DNA of 64,000 nucleotides from the NCBI RefSeq assembly GCF_006345805.1, contig NC_042999.1:154442001-154506000 (forward strand). Reading direction: 5' to 3'. Numbering within the stretch: the stretch's first letter is position 1; each line of letters starts with the position of its first letter. Shown here piece by piece: positions 12,521 through 26,454 of the stretch. The stretch is from Octopus sinensis. Lineage: Eukaryota. Below the pieces are notes generated by a model that did not search any database, was not told the DNA's origin, and worked only from the letters and a program-made list of their open reading frames with translations. The position numbers and the translations under genes are program-made.

Positions 12521-13555
12521 TCTCACATACACACACACACACACACACACACGCGCGCATACTCACACACACATACGCACATATAAATATGTATGTAGTG
12601 TCGAGGAGAAGAGACCAAGAAGTTGCCACAAAGTCCAGGATAGCTGATCCCTTTGACGGTGCATACTTTTTCTTGTCTGTCCCAATCAACAATATCAGGA
12701 CTGTTATGTTTACACTCGACATATGTTTTGATGGGAATGTTCCACTAGTATTCCTTCTGTTGATGTTTGGGCATGTATTCAATAACAGGGGGATTCTCTA
12801 TATTTTTTCAAGGACAGTCTTTTTTTCCGAATGGCATTGAATATTGTTTTTGCGACATCATATGGTATTGGGAGGTAATACCTTGTTTTTTGGAACAGCT
12901 ATTTATCACATACATACTGCACTTTTCTGACAATATTATGAGATTTTAACTCTTATTTCTAGCAATGTAGATGTTTCGGTACACTCCGTCACATTTAGCG
13001 ACGATTAATTTTTTCCACTATGGTATTACATTACGCCTAGTTGTTTACATTAATCTTTTGTGTCTAACTATGTATGCACGTGCATATATATATATCCGTA
13101 AGGCTTCCGTGCAGTTTCCGGTTGTTAAATTCATTCACAAGCTGTTCGTCAGTTCGAGGTTACTCATGTTGCTTCGCAGTGAGACTGTAGGACTCAAACT
13201 ATGCAGATGTTTGTGAAACTAACTTGCCGATCCTCCAGTCATGACTGCGCCAACGTGTATGCATGCATACATGTATGCATGTATGTATGTATGTATGTAT
13301 GTATGTATGTATGTATGTATGTACGTACGTACGTACGTATGTATGTATGTAGTATGTATGTATGTATGTATGTATTATGTATGTATGTATGCATGCATGT
13401 ATGAATGTATGTATGTATGTATGTATGTATGTATGTATGTATGTATGCATGTATGTATGTATGTATGTATGTATGAGTCTATGTACGTATGTATGTACGT
13501 ATGTATGTATGCATGTATGTATGTATGTAATTATGTATGTATGTATGCTTTATGT

Positions 13556-13875
13556 GAAGGCGCGTGGCTTAGTGGTTACGGTATTCGGCTCACGGTCATA
13601 AGGTTTTTAAGTTCAATACCCGGCGGCGCGTTGTGTCCTTGAGCAAGATGTTTTATTTCTCGCTGCTTCAATCCGCTCAGCTGGTAAAAATGAATAGCAT
13701 TGGATTTCAAACGGCCAGCCTTATCACATTCTGTTTCACGCTGAATCCCCCTGAGAACTAAGTTAAGGGTACGCGTGCTTGTGGAGTCCTTAGCCTCTTG
13801 CGCGTCTTAATTCACGAGCAGTCTGTTCAATTGATAGGATCAACTGGAGAGTCACGGTCGTAACCGACGGAGTAC
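13556..13875 (+). mobile_element. tRNA-SINE with core domain and family C 3' tail
   Basis: GGCTTAGTGGTT head, TTGTGTCCTTGAGCAAG core, tail ...GTTAAGGGTACGCGTG...CGTAACCGACGGAGT. Confidence 0.8.
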
Positions 13876-14268
13876 TAGTTTCTTTTGTTTTTGTTTTTTT
13901 TTTAGTTTTAGTAAGTTTCTATGTGTTGTTGCCTGTAAGGGTAAGTGTATTGTTAGAGCATAGAACATAAAAGAAATAAAGTGATTTACCGAAATGCTTG
14001 AACACGGAATTTTTAAACCATGAACTGCCATTTTTTTATTCATAACTTTTGGCTTTGGCAGGTGTCTTAGGAGTTAAAATAATATATAGCATTTAAATTT
14101 TCATCGTATGTGAATTATTTTGGAAATTATGATGAATTTTTCGACAAGTCCCAAATGAGGATCGCTTAAAATAAAAAGCATATCTATCCTTTTCTATTCA
14201 ATTGCAATAATAAACCTTTTAGTTTTTTTGAAACTATAGCATCAAATGCGAATGTGTATGAAATATCA

Positions 14269-14690
14269 ATGCAGGAGTGGCTGTGTGGTAAGTAGCTTGC
14301 TTACCAACCACATGGTTCTGGGTTCAGTCCCACTGCGTGACATCTTGGGCAAGTGTCTTCTGCTATAGCCCCGGGCCGACCAATGCCTATTGAGTGGATT
14401 TGGTAGACGGAAACCGAAAGAAGCCTGTCGTATATATGTATATATATGTGTGTGTGTGTGTATATGTGTTTGTGTGTCTGTGTTTGTCCCCCTAGCATTG
14501 CTTGACAACTGATGCTGGTGTGTTTACGTCCCCGTCACTTAGCAGTTCGGCAAAAGAGACCGATAGAATAAGTACTGGGCTTACAAAGAATAAGTCCCGG
14601 GGTCGATTTGCTCGACTAAAGGCGGTGCTCCAGCATGGCCGCAGTCAAATGTCTGAAACAAGTAAAAGAGTAAAAGAGAGAAAAGAGAAT
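14269..14690 (+). mobile_element. SINE family A, full length
   Basis: Head, internal microsatellite and tail as at 8024. Confidence 0.92.
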
Positions 14691-15823
14691 GATATAGACG
14701 GGAAATGCAAAAAAGAAAAACAGTCAATATTTTTGTAGCTCAAAAATTGCGATTTACGACATAAAATGTCTTCTAAAATTAGCCAGAGCTAATAATGACA
14801 AATTTTAATTACTAAATATTGTTAAACACACCTCTGCAAATGCAATGTACATAAGGAATTTACTTTAAATACAACGAACAACCGGCAGTGAGACTGCTTT
14901 TAAGCTATCCCCAAATAACTCTCATGGCAGGCAATAGGTTAAGGCCATACATAGAAATGTAAATATGTTGCTGAGAGTATTCGTTGTAAACAAGAAAATA
15001 TTTTATTTTCACTCTAATATACCCTACTTTATCTTTTTAACATCCCATGCGTTAAACATCCTTATATAAAAGCTACATACATCTACACAATAATAAAGAT
15101 GAGAATATATATAATTTAATTCAGGTTGCTGGAAAAGCACGTTTCGTAAAGCGAAAAGATAATTCTATCTTCATTCAACACTTTTGATCGAAGACATACA
15201 AGATGGAGAGAGAAATATAATTTTTCAAGTGATGAGCGCATGTCTCGATTTAGTATGATATTAATAATAAAACAATTTCGAATTTTCTTTTCTTTCTTCT
15301 GGTGTCTGAATGTAGCTTGTGAAAATTTCTCATTGAACATAACCTCTTCACGATTCCGATAAATTTTTGGTTGTATTTCGAATAGTTGTAAGATAATATT
15401 TTGTAAAGCTTTATTCAGATCAGAATGAATGTGTTGAAGTCGTGTAATACATATATAACTATTTTTTGTTCATACCAAACTGTATAAATACTTACTATTT
15501 TTCTAATCTAAATAATACTTAACAAAACATTTTCTCACAGCTATTCTGGGTACATTTAGATCGTGCCGGGATCGTGAGAAAATCGTTTCAGTCAGATTGT
15601 TTCGTGTGTTTCTCTTTTAAACATCAAAAAAAAAGAAAAAGAAAATACGAAAATTAATTTGAGAATAAAAATTATTAAGGTTTTCTTTTAAGATACGTAC
15701 CTACGGCTCCCAGAAGCTGGTCTAGTCGGTAGGAGTTGTGCGTCATTTCTTGGCGTATGGCTATTGGAAGCAAAACACGTCTTTTATTGTAGATTATTGT
15801 ATCATATCTTTTAGTCTTGTTAC

Positions 15824-16200
15824 TTCTTTCAGTCTTAGATTGCAGCCATGCTGGAGCACCACCTTGAAGAAATTTTGTCGAAAAAATCAACACCAATACG
15901 TTTTTTTAGGCAAGTACTTATGCTATCGATCTCTTTTTTACCGGACCTGTAAGTTATGAGGTCGTTAACACACTAACACTGGTTGTGAAGCGATGGTGGA
16001 GGTACAAACATAGACACAAAGACACTCACACGCACACACCCACACGCACGCACACACACACACACATGCACATAGACGAGAGGCTTCTTTCAGTTTCCGT
16101 CTACCAGATCCACTCACAAGATTTTGGTCGACCCGAAGCTATAGTTGAAAACACTTGTCCAAGGTGCCACGCACTGGATTGAACCAGGAAGCCACGCCTT
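15824..16200 (-). mobile_element. SINE family A, diverged
   Basis: Reverse-complement tail (GCAGCCATGCTGGAGCACC) and head (TTTCAGTTTCCGTCTACC). Confidence 0.8.
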
Positions 16201-16241
16201 TTTGGTATTTTTTACATTCACATACAGAAATATATTCTTTT

Positions 16242-16619
16242 CCACTCTAGGCACAAGACCCGAAATTTTGGGGAGGGGACCAGTCGATTAGATCGACCTC
16301 AAGTACGCAACTGTTACTTAATTTATCGACCCCAAAAGGATGAGAGGCAAAGTCGATCTCAGAACATAAAGACAGCTGAAATATCTATTTCTTTATTACC
16401 CACAAGGGGCTAAACACAGAGAGGACAAAAAAGGACAGACAAACGGATTAAGTCGATCGAATCTACCCCAGTGCGTAACTGGTACTTATTTAATCGACCC
16501 CGAAAGGATGAAAGGCAAAGTCGACCTCGGCGGAATTTGAACTCCGAGCATAAAGACAGTTGAAATACCCGCTAAACATTTCGACCAGCGTGCTAACGTT
16601 TCTCCCAGCTCGCCGCCTT
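16242..16619 (-). mobile_element. SINE family B, two units
   Basis: Complete from CTCGCCGCC (head end) to CTCTAGGCACAAG. Confidence 0.85.
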
Positions 16620-16974
16620 AGAAATATATTCATCTACTGTGACTGACACTTCAGGAAAGAGGCATTATTTTTCTTTAAGGGCCTTGTAAACAAAATCAGG
16701 CTGTTTAGCCTTGATTTTCCAGCCCAAGGTTGCGTCGCTTTGTCTGAAGGGCTTTTCTAGTCTTCGTTTATAACACCTTTCCTCCATTAGTATTTCAAAA
16801 TGCTAGTATAACTTCTAGTAAATGAAATCCACAACTCTATTATGTTTGTTGGCTTTTTTTCTTCTTCCCAGGCCATGTCTAAACAGTCAGATTTATCACA
16901 TTTTTTTCCCAGGCTGTCTAAACAGTCACATTTATTACAAATGCAATAAATCCTTTCTTCCCACATCTTTTTTT

Positions 16975-17405
16975 TTTTACTTGTTTCAGTCATTACACTG
17001 CGGCCATGCTGGGGCTAAGCCTTGAAGAATTTCTAGTCGAATGAATCGGCCTCAGTACTTACTTCTTTAAAATCCAGGTACTTATTCTATCGGTCTCTTT
17101 TGCCGAAACACTAAGTTACGGGGACATAAACACACCGGCACAGATTGTCAAACAGTGGTGGAGGACATATACAGACAGTAATCACACACACACACATACA
17201 TACACACACACACACACACAGACACACACACACACATCCCGGATGAGCCAATATCTAAGCAAGAAACTCAAAAGAGGGCAGCAACATCGAACTCCATCCT
17301 TCACCAAAAGCCTCTCCGATAAAGGTAGAAAATGGAAAGTTGATCACAATGGCGCTGCTCCAGCATAACCACAGTCATTGTACTGAAACATATAAAAGAA
17401 TAAAA

Positions 17406-17455
<50 letters not shown>

Positions 17456-17615
17456 TATTTGACGGTTTTCTTTCGGCTTCCGTCTACCAAATCTAAAGCT
17501 TCTGTCAGTTCGAGGTTATAATAGAAGACACTTGCCCAAGGTGTCACGCAGTGGGACTGAACTCAGAACCATATGTTTGGAAAGCAGACTTCACACTACA
17601 CAGCCACGCCTGCGC
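16975..17615 (-). mobile_element. SINE family A, split by insertions (includes a + strand tail end at ~17345-17410)
   Basis: Tail 16975-17160 and head 17460-17615 on the minus strand. Confidence 0.75.
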
Positions 17616-18244
17616 TTGTTTCATTATGTCCCTTTGATGGTATCTGCTGAGACGGTTTTAATTTTGTACCGTAATCAAAATTCCCTTCAATCCTAACTAG
17701 CTAGTACTGCGATTTTTCTCCCCACCACCCAATTTAGCGAAGTACGAATTTTCATGTCATCACTTTATAATGCAATTTTGTAAGACCAAGGCCTGGTTCT
17801 GCTTTTAACTTCATTCTGTTCTTACCTTTTCTTCATACACTCGTCTGTTATTTTTTAAACTTTTTTGAAGTCAGGAAATAGTTTTTGTTTTTATTTTGTT
17901 CACGTTTTCTTGCTATTCGTATCAGTTTTAAATTGTTCTTTCCTCGATATTTCTGTAATCCAGCGGTCGATATTTTATTATAGTTTTCTTGCTGAATAAA
18001 GCATCTACTTCCTAACAGTTGTAGAAAATATATCTCATTTCAAATTTATTTGCTTTTCTGTTTAATTTTGGTTGTTCATTTATTGTCCAGTCTAAAATAC
18101 TAAGATAGCTCTGTTTTTTTTTTCGGTGGTGGTGGTGGTGGTGGTGGGGTCAGTAAAATACATTAATACATGGATAAGATTGCTCTCTAGCCTCTTCTTT
18201 CACTTGTGTATCTTACAATTTGTCTAGTTCATTGATTTCTTATT

Positions 18245-18467
18245 TCTTTATTGCCCACAATAAACATAGAGGGGGCAAACAAGAACAGACAAAGGAATTA
18301 AGTCGATTAGATCGACCCCAGTGCATAACTAGTACTTAATTTATCGACCACGAAAGGCTGAAAGGCAAAGTCGACCTCGGCAGAATTTGAACTCAGAACA
18401 TAAAGACAGCTGAAATACCCGCTAAACATTTCGCCCAGCGTGCTGACGTTTCTGCCAGCTCGCCGTC
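18245..18467 (-). mobile_element. SINE family B, single unit
   Basis: GGCAAAGTCGACCTCGGCAGAATTTGAACTCAG...GCCAGCTCGCCG. Confidence 0.85.
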
Positions 18468-18559
18468 CTTCCTAGCTCATTGATTTCTATGTATATGTTT
18501 GTCGTTTGCTCTAGCTTTCTGTTTCTTCCTCTAGCTTGATATTGTTTGTCATTTTCTGT

Positions 18560-19860
18560 TCAAGTTTGCCTTGCTGACCTTATATGCTAATGTAGTTAGC
18601 AGGGATGTTATCCAGAGTTTTGGTGAAAACAGGTCTCCTCAAATCTCAAGAATATTTCTTAGGAATACAGGTCGCCTCCTTTTTGCAGGTCAACAATATG
18701 TGCTTCAATTTCAATTTTCTTCAGCCGCTAATGCAGCGATTTGGATATTGTGCCGAGTGCATCAATTATCACGGGAACAATGGTCATCTTTGTCTTCTAC
18801 AATCTCTTCATCTTTCTATCTAGGTCTTGATATTTCTCAATTTCCTCAATTTCTTTCGGATCCACTCCATTATTATATAGTATTGTAAAATCTATAATCT
18901 TACGCTATTTGTTCTTCCTGTCTCTTGCGGCCATATCTCATCTCTTTGTTTCAAAAGTATGGTCAATCTTTATGGAGAAATCCCATAAAATCTTATTATT
19001 AGCATTCACCACAGGAACCTCTGTCTCGTTCATATTACTGTTTAAAATTCTATTGCAGTCTTTTAACAACACAACGATGTGTTGCTACTTATATTTTGTC
19101 TTTGTGCTGGCTTACTGAACTCACTCGGGAGTCTATACTTTTGTTCCCTTTTCTTAAGATTCTGCGTTTGATCTGTGACTGAGTTTTATCAATCTTTGTC
19201 TTTATCAAATTCTTTTTAATGACTTGTTCCTAAGTAACTGTAATTAGTGATTTATTTTATCGTTTCAGTTTCCATCTATCCAACAAAAACCAGCGCCTTC
19301 AATTTGTTAAATAAATTTATCATGTAATTCCTTCTATTTCTAGCAATTTGTCTTGTTCTTTTTTTCTTTCTTGAATTTTTTTATTCAACTTTTGGTTATT
19401 TTACATCGCGGATTGTTTTCTTTCTTCACTATGCACGACATAGCTTTTAAAACTCAGAATCGCAGTGCCAATAGTAGAGACAGCTGACATCGTTTTAGAG
19501 TTGTGTGCATTATGTGAGCAGTTTCCTTCTATTTTGTTTTTCCATTCCTCCTTTGTTTTTGTCTGTTTTGTCCAATTCCAAGATGAGCAGAATATCTCAA
19601 CACAAATGACTGTCCATTGATTCCTCTGATATCACTTCCATCTGATTTTGTTTCAAACACTTCCCCAATCGTTCCCTGATACTCTTTGGAGACTTTCTCA
19701 TTTATTCCCGTTACCTTATCGTCCTGTAGCACCTCTGAGTATTTGTACCCTTCATCATCTCTCAGCGATGCAATGATCTCATCTTCTAGTAATTCTGTAC
19801 TATCATGTCTAATCTTTCGACCCCGCTTCATAATTAAAACTGCACAGCCTTGCAAGGAAT
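18560..19860 (-). mobile_element. R4/Dong-clade element, post-RT region and restriction-like endonuclease, heavily decayed
   Basis: CAVLIMKRGRK...SLRDDEGYKY; NKILWDFSIKIDH...KR*DM...KIIDF...EIEKYQDL...IVPVIIDALGTIS. Confidence 0.8.
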
Positions 19861-20188
19861 ATATTTTTTATTAATATTTGTGCTTCATCTTGATACGCAA
19901 ATGAACACGACGGCAAGAGAATAGGTAATTCTTTTATCCTTCCACCCTTCAGTGCAAAATACAAAATTACCTTTTGAAAATGCAATTTTCAAACAGTATT
20001 TTTTGCACAATCTCCTATCCACCCACCAAATTGAACACCTCCAAATAATTCAAAATGGCGTTGCCTTTGCTAGCGATTTGAGAAGAGAGAGAGAAGCTGG
20101 AGGTAATTCAAGTAAGAAAAAAAGTGGCCATTGAAACACTGCGATTTCCCTTCACTGAAAAGGACTTACCTTATCTCCCTGCCACCAA

Positions 20189-20223
<35 letters not shown>

Positions 20224-21347
20224 TACTACTCTCCGCTTACTTTCAATATATGATCTCAGTGGCTCGCTTGTTGAACAAGTCGAGTTATGTCCGTTCACGA
20301 CCAGAAAGGTAAATAGCAACGGCGACAGTTATGATGAGGATAAGGACGATGACGATGGTGCTAATGATTGGTAATGACGATGCTGATAAGGATGATGATG
20401 ATGATGGTTAAACAGACGAGGTTGTCGACGGTGCTAATATTGATAGTGATAATAATCATCATCATCATCATCATCATCATGGACACAGTGAGAGTAGCAA
20501 TCTACTTGAATCTGCAATCGAACGTTGAACGTCGAAGCCATTTTACTCTTGCTCTTTTTTTTTTTCAAATTTCTCCATCAAATGTCATCTAAGCACCATG
20601 GTCAGCCTACCTGGATATAGAATAAAAAATAATCGATGAGTTGTGGATGACAGGAACAACACAGTTTAAAAATTAATTAAATTTTTGAAAGCCATCTGTC
20701 GAGAGAAATCACTTTGGAACTTCATTAATTACAAGAGACGACGACGATTTTCGAGAACAACAATTATTTCTGCCGAACGGAATCAATGTCTTATGTCAGA
20801 AACATTTTAGTTTGATTAGAAAATAAGGCAAACCTATAAATGTATTTTCTGACCTGCCAGCTTGTTAAAGTACAATTATCAGATATTTATAGGAGGAGAA
20901 GAACTAAGGAGATTGCAATAGCCGAAGTCTAACCAAAGAATTTGTTAAAATCATTGAAATGGAATGACTACAAACCATTAATTGAAATTGAAATTAGTTC
21001 ACAGCATCGGTTCTGAGAAGCTACTCATTATGAAAACGGTTTTGTTGTTGCTGTTGTTGTTGCTGTTGTTGTCTGTGTCGAATTTTAATTTACGGACGGT
21101 TTGTTGTTATCAAAACCGTTTTGAATTTTGTTTTCGAGATTCGCAGTTGTCGTCCCTGCCTGTTGTCTTGAACAGATTTAACCCTTCATTCAATGCTGAC
21201 GCCTTGTAAATACAGCAGTAGCCTCGGCAAATTATAGATGTCTTGCTCTCACCGCATTAAAGGTATCAGTCTATACGTTTCCATCATACTTTAACGAATA
21301 TAGAATTTCAATACAGAAGAATTATTTTGTATACACTTGCGCACACA

Positions 21348-21386
<39 letters not shown>

Positions 21387-21410
21387 GCGCACGCACACAC
21401 ACACACACAC

Positions 21411-21486
<76 letters not shown>

Positions 21487-21903
21487 ATATATGAGTTCCC
21501 TTCTAATTTTAATTATTTAAAGAGAGTGAGAGATATCGCTTTGTCAAATGCCATAAAACAAAAATACTTGATTTATTAAAAATTATTTCCACCTCCCGAG
21601 GATGAATTATAATTACAAAATTGCAACCATGATTCGCTCCATTTGAGATGGGGAGATAATATCAAGACTGAAGAATTCTTCCAAACTGTCAGGCCATTAA
21701 GGAAAAGAACAGTATTATTGTTGGAAGATAAGCGGACAGTCGTGGATACGTGTTTCTGGTTCAATAGCTTTCATTAGCATGACAATTGTCTGACTTCATC
21801 TACAGTATCTAAAGGTCTTAGACTTATACAAACCAGAGTAGAAAACAGTTACGGCTAATTAATTTGCATAAACAATACAATAATTGAGCTAAGAGCCAAA
21901 AAT

Positions 21904-22195
21904 AGCGGTGAGCTGGCAGAAACGTTAGCACACCGGGCGAAATGCTAAGCGGTATTTCGTCTGCCACTACGTTCTGAGTTCAAATTCCGCCGAGGTCGAC
22001 TTTGCCTTTCATCCTTTCGGGGTCGATTAAATAAGTACCAGTTACGTACTGGGGTCGATATAATCGACTTAATCCGTTTGTCTGTCCTTGTTTGTCCTCT
22101 CTGTGTTTAGCCCCTTGTGGGTAGTAAAGAAATAGGTATTTCGTCTGCCGCTGCGTTCTGAGTTCAAATTCCGCCGAGGTCGACTTTGCCTTCAT
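21904..22195 (+). mobile_element. SINE family B, one full plus one partial unit
   Basis: GCGGTGAGCTGGCAGAAACGTTAGC head; GAGTTCAAATTCC B-box-like motif repeated about 183 bp later. Confidence 0.88.
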
Positions 22196-23366
22196 TACTT
22201 TGACGTCATTATTTTGCTAATATCATTGTAGCTTTGCATGTGTTTTACGTGCTTTCGCGCCATCAGGGGATATTTACTGCACCTGATAATGGGATATTAC
22301 CGAGGTGAATAAAATTTCCGGATCATCAGTTTTACTTGGCTATACACAGTCGGACACGGCAATGACGTGACCGGTTAATAACAATACACTTTCACTTGCT
22401 GGCCTATGTAAGACAGAGTTTTGATATTAGTGGTGATAAGCAGGTTAACTGCTTTGTTTTTTAAAAGTAGGTATCGTAGTCATAGGAAAAGTTTCTGCAA
22501 CGGTAAAACATCTCAAAATTGAAGAAATAGATATTGGCAGTATAAGGTCAGTTAAAATGGTATCAATTCGTCTCTTTCCCACTCTAAAATATTAATTACT
22601 GTAAGGGTGATATTGTTATCACATCAAAATCAGGCTCGATCAGTTCAGAGTTATTCTGAGAAATTGCGTGCGTTAGCTTGCCTTTCTGAATTTGAAAAAA
22701 ATGGAAGTAAACGACAGAATGCAGAAAATGCTATGATTTAAATTAGACTCATAGATAATAAAGAATCACCTAAGCATCGTATTGAAACATAAGAGTGTCT
22801 CCAATCAGGTGATCCGAACCTTAGTGCTTTTATCGAATTTATTCCATAACTCCAAATGATTTCTAAATTTCAGACGAATGAAAAACTGGAAGAGTGACCA
22901 TGACGATATCACTGCGATTATGTCGATGAGAACAAGATTTTAAATGTCACATTCTTGAATTTAAGTTTACAGTATCAAAATGTTCTACATTTGGTAAACC
23001 TTTTATTAAATGTGTTTGTCGGGGATGGGGTTTGTGAGGAGAGCCAATTTACAAAAAAATGTAGCGAAATTTAAAGATACTGAAAATGATGATTCTGCAA
23101 GTATTTATTAATGGAATTAGAAAAACAGCAGAATTCAATGCTGATCAATGTGAATCTCAATACAAACGTTGAGATGCCATTTAACACCGGAAGTCGTACT
23201 GGGAGACACTGTGGTAACTTTGAATTTTGGAGAGGATTTGAATGAAGCAAAAGAAGAAATGTTATCTAAAACTAAAAACAATTTGATGGATCAGTCATTG
23301 AGATTTTTGGCAAATCGTGATGCATTAATAGAAACTGGTAAGAGATGTGAATGTCATTGCTGAATG

Positions 23367-23397
<31 letters not shown>

Positions 23398-23557
23398 ATA
23401 GCAAATAGGTTGCTTGTTATCGATCTAACGAATGGTGATAGTTCAACATTATCTTATGAATTTGAAGATCCAGATCAATTTGGGAGATTAAGTGGTTTTA
23501 AGGCTAGTATTTTTCTCAGAAATAATTCTAGGTCATATATTGCTCATTAACAATTTA

Positions 23558-23743
23558 CAAGGGGTTGCTGAATAGTTCTTGGCTTTAAGGGTGTCGCAAA
23601 AGGCCCTAGGGCTTAGAAAAACTGAAGGACCGCGGCAATAAGTGAGTGAATCTGAGAGGGGAATATGTTGAATAAAATCATAATTAACTGATTCTCCTGT
23701 ATTTTCTTTAACCTAAAGCCAGGAACTTTTCAGTGTCCCCTCG
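23558..23743 (+). mobile_element. Mariner internal-deletion derivative (MITE)
   Basis: TA|CAAGGGGTTGCTGAATAGTTCTTGGCTTT ... AAAGCCAGGAACTTTTCAGTGTCCCCTCG|TA; retains a mariner-like C-terminus K*VNLRGEYVE*. Confidence 0.8.
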
Positions 23744-24129
23744 TATTTCGAACCATTAGTCACAATGAAGGTAGGGAAAGTAATTAACTAAAAAATTTTT
23801 GTAGAGCTTTACCCTGGATGAGGAAAATGGTCCTTTTTATTAGGTATTTGTGTGAAAGTTAGATGGAAATGCCAGAATGCGTGGGAAACTACAATAATTG
23901 GTGTAAAGGAAATAATTTGTTCAAATTCTTATCTAATTTCAAGTACTGATCGATATTTCATTCTCTTTCTGAAATGAATCACTTTAACTAAATTGGATTT
24001 AAAAGTTGCATTTCATTAAATAATGTCTGACAATACCTGCGAGCATCATAATAATTACTTTTGTTCATAAGAACTATATACGAAAACACCTCTATGTAAC
24101 CCAGAATCAAATGAATTTTCTATATGGCT

Positions 24130-24660
24130 GGAACAGTAGTGGCTGTGTGCAAATACATTTGCTTCCTGATTACATGGTTCTGGGTTCAGTCCCACTGCAT
24201 GGCACTTTAAGCAAGTCTTCTCCTACAGGATGTCCCAAAAGTCACAAAGGGGTCTAAAATTTAAATAAATTTGTTATAATTACATTTTTTAATTTGTAGT
24301 ATAGATGTGATTTTTAACACCTAACGTATATGTATTTCCATTATACAAACTGTATATGGTATTAAAGTACTGTAAATTTGGAATGAAGCATAAATGAATT
24401 ACCAATATTTGTGACTTTTGAGACACCCTGTATAACTATGGGCCGACCTAAGCCTTGTGAGTGAACTTGACTGACGGAAACTGAAAGAAGCCCGTCGTAT
24501 GTGTATGTGTATGTGTGTGTGCGTGAGAGCGCGCGTGTTTGTATTTGTGATCATCCACTACCACAGTTTGATAACCAGTGTTGATGTGTTTACGGCGCCC
24601 TAAAAATTTTTCAAGCTGGTGCCCCAGATTGACAGCGCCTACTGACTGAAATAAATAAAT
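24130..24660 (+). mobile_element. Diverged SINE family A interrupted by a Tc1-type MITE
   Basis: Head resumes after the MITE (...GTCTTCTCCTA|TAACTATGGGCCGACC). Confidence 0.75.
24226..24430. mobile_element. Tc1/mariner-type MITE
   Basis: TA|CAGGATGTCCCAAAAGTCACAAA ... TTTGTGACTTTTGAGACACCCTG|TA. Confidence 0.85.
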
Positions 24661-24852
24661 GAACCCCAAAACCGTGGTTGTGAAGCGAGCTTCCTAACCA
24701 CACACACATACATAGGCGCAGGAGTGGCTGTGTGGTAAGAAGATTGCTTACCAACCACATGATTCCGAGTTCAGTCCCATTGCGTGCCTTGTGACTGGAT
24801 TTGGTTGATGGAAACTAAAAGAAGCCCGTCGTATATATATATATATATGCAT

Positions 24853-25530
24853 ATTCTTTTATTCTTTTACTTGTTTCAGTCATTTGACTGTGGCCATGCT
24901 GGAGCACCGCCTTTAGTCGATCAAATTGACCCCAGAAGTTATTATTTGAAAGCCTAGTACTTATTTTATCGATTTTTCTGCCGAGCCCCTAAGTTACAGC
25001 GTCGTAAACACACCAACATCAGTTGTTAAGCAATGGTGGGGTGGACAAGCACAGACACCCAAACATATATACACACACACACACACAGACACACACATAT
25101 ATATATATATATATATATGTGTATGTATGACGGGCTTCTTTCAGTTTCCGTCTACCAAATCCACTTACAAGGCTTTGGTCGACCCGAGGCTATAGTAAAA
25201 GACACTTGCCCAAGGTGCCACGCAATGCGATTGACCCGGAGCCATGTGATTGGGAGGCAAGCTTCTTACCACACCGCACATATATATATATATATGTACG
25301 TATGTATTTGTGTCTGTGTTTGTCCCACCACTGTCGCATCACAACCGATGTTGGTGTGTTTACGTCCCCGTAACTTAGCGATTCGGCAAGAGAGTCCGGT
25401 AGAATAAGTACTAGGCTTTCAAAGAATACGTCCTGCGGTGGGGGGGTGGGGTCGATTTATTCGACTAAAGACAGTGCTCCAGCATGGCCGCAATCAAAAG
25501 ACTGAAACAAATAAAAGAAAAAGAAAAATA
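24853..25530 (-). mobile_element. SINE family A full copy (-) followed by a + strand tail (25290-25530)
   Basis: Two tails in opposite orientation around one head. Confidence 0.82.
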
Positions 25531-26381
25531 GAGTAACTGTCCATTCCCTATACTTGACGTGTAGGCATTTACACTTATTTTAACGCCATCACCTGGATTG
25601 TTAAGTGTGGTGAAGCAACCTCCCATCTATCGGGTCCCCAGTTTGCGGATAGAGAAATGATCAGAGATCTGGCTGAGGAAGCAATGACCAAAATTTTCTG
25701 TCACAGATATTTGAAAAAAATTTTTATTTCTTTATTGCGCACAGAGGGGACAAACAAAAGGATTAAATCGATTGCATCGACCCCAGTGCGTAACTGGTAC
25801 TTATTTTATCGACCTCGAAAGGATGAAAGATGTTTGAATAAAATCGATATTTTCATATTATACAGCTATTTTTAAGATTTAAAAAATCACACATTATATT
25901 ATGGGTGTTCTGTAATTTGAACAGGTATAAAATGTTACTTGAATAAATCCAGAAAACTATGCGTATTATCTTTCCAGCGTTTTTCTGATGGAGACAGAAC
26001 GTCAACTTGCTTCCTTTTTCCTATGTAAGTGTTACATAACAATGTAAGATTATATCACAGGTATTACGAATTGACAGAAATTTAATCTAAGCGAGCATCT
26101 AAAACTATTCGTTATCAGCTCTTACAAGAAAAAAACATTGTCTTTGTGGCATTTTTATCGGAAATTTTTTTAAATATTACACTAAAAAGGATGCAACTAC
26201 TTGTCGTTTCATGCTAATTCCGACAATAACAGTCTGAAACCTATGATGTCATGTAGTTTATATCAATTTTACCGAACATTAGAAGAACGATCTTATGAAA
26301 ATAAGTAATATAGTTTCAATTTTGTTTCTATAATTTTTAAGGGAGGCATTGCTTCCCTTGTTTCCATGGACCGCACGCCCA

Positions 26382-26434
<53 letters not shown>

Positions 26435-26454
26435 TATATATATATATTATATTA

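Noticed and set aside
17750-18230. Possible further Dong-like mid-ORF remnant
   Set aside because: Too degraded to read a convincing motif by eye.
22240-22330. CTGATG-containing hammerhead candidates (also near 25985 and 40148)
   Set aside because: No properly placed GAAA, helix II or helix I.
22874-22993. 120-nt AG/GT-bounded exon
   Set aside because: Stop codons in all three frames.
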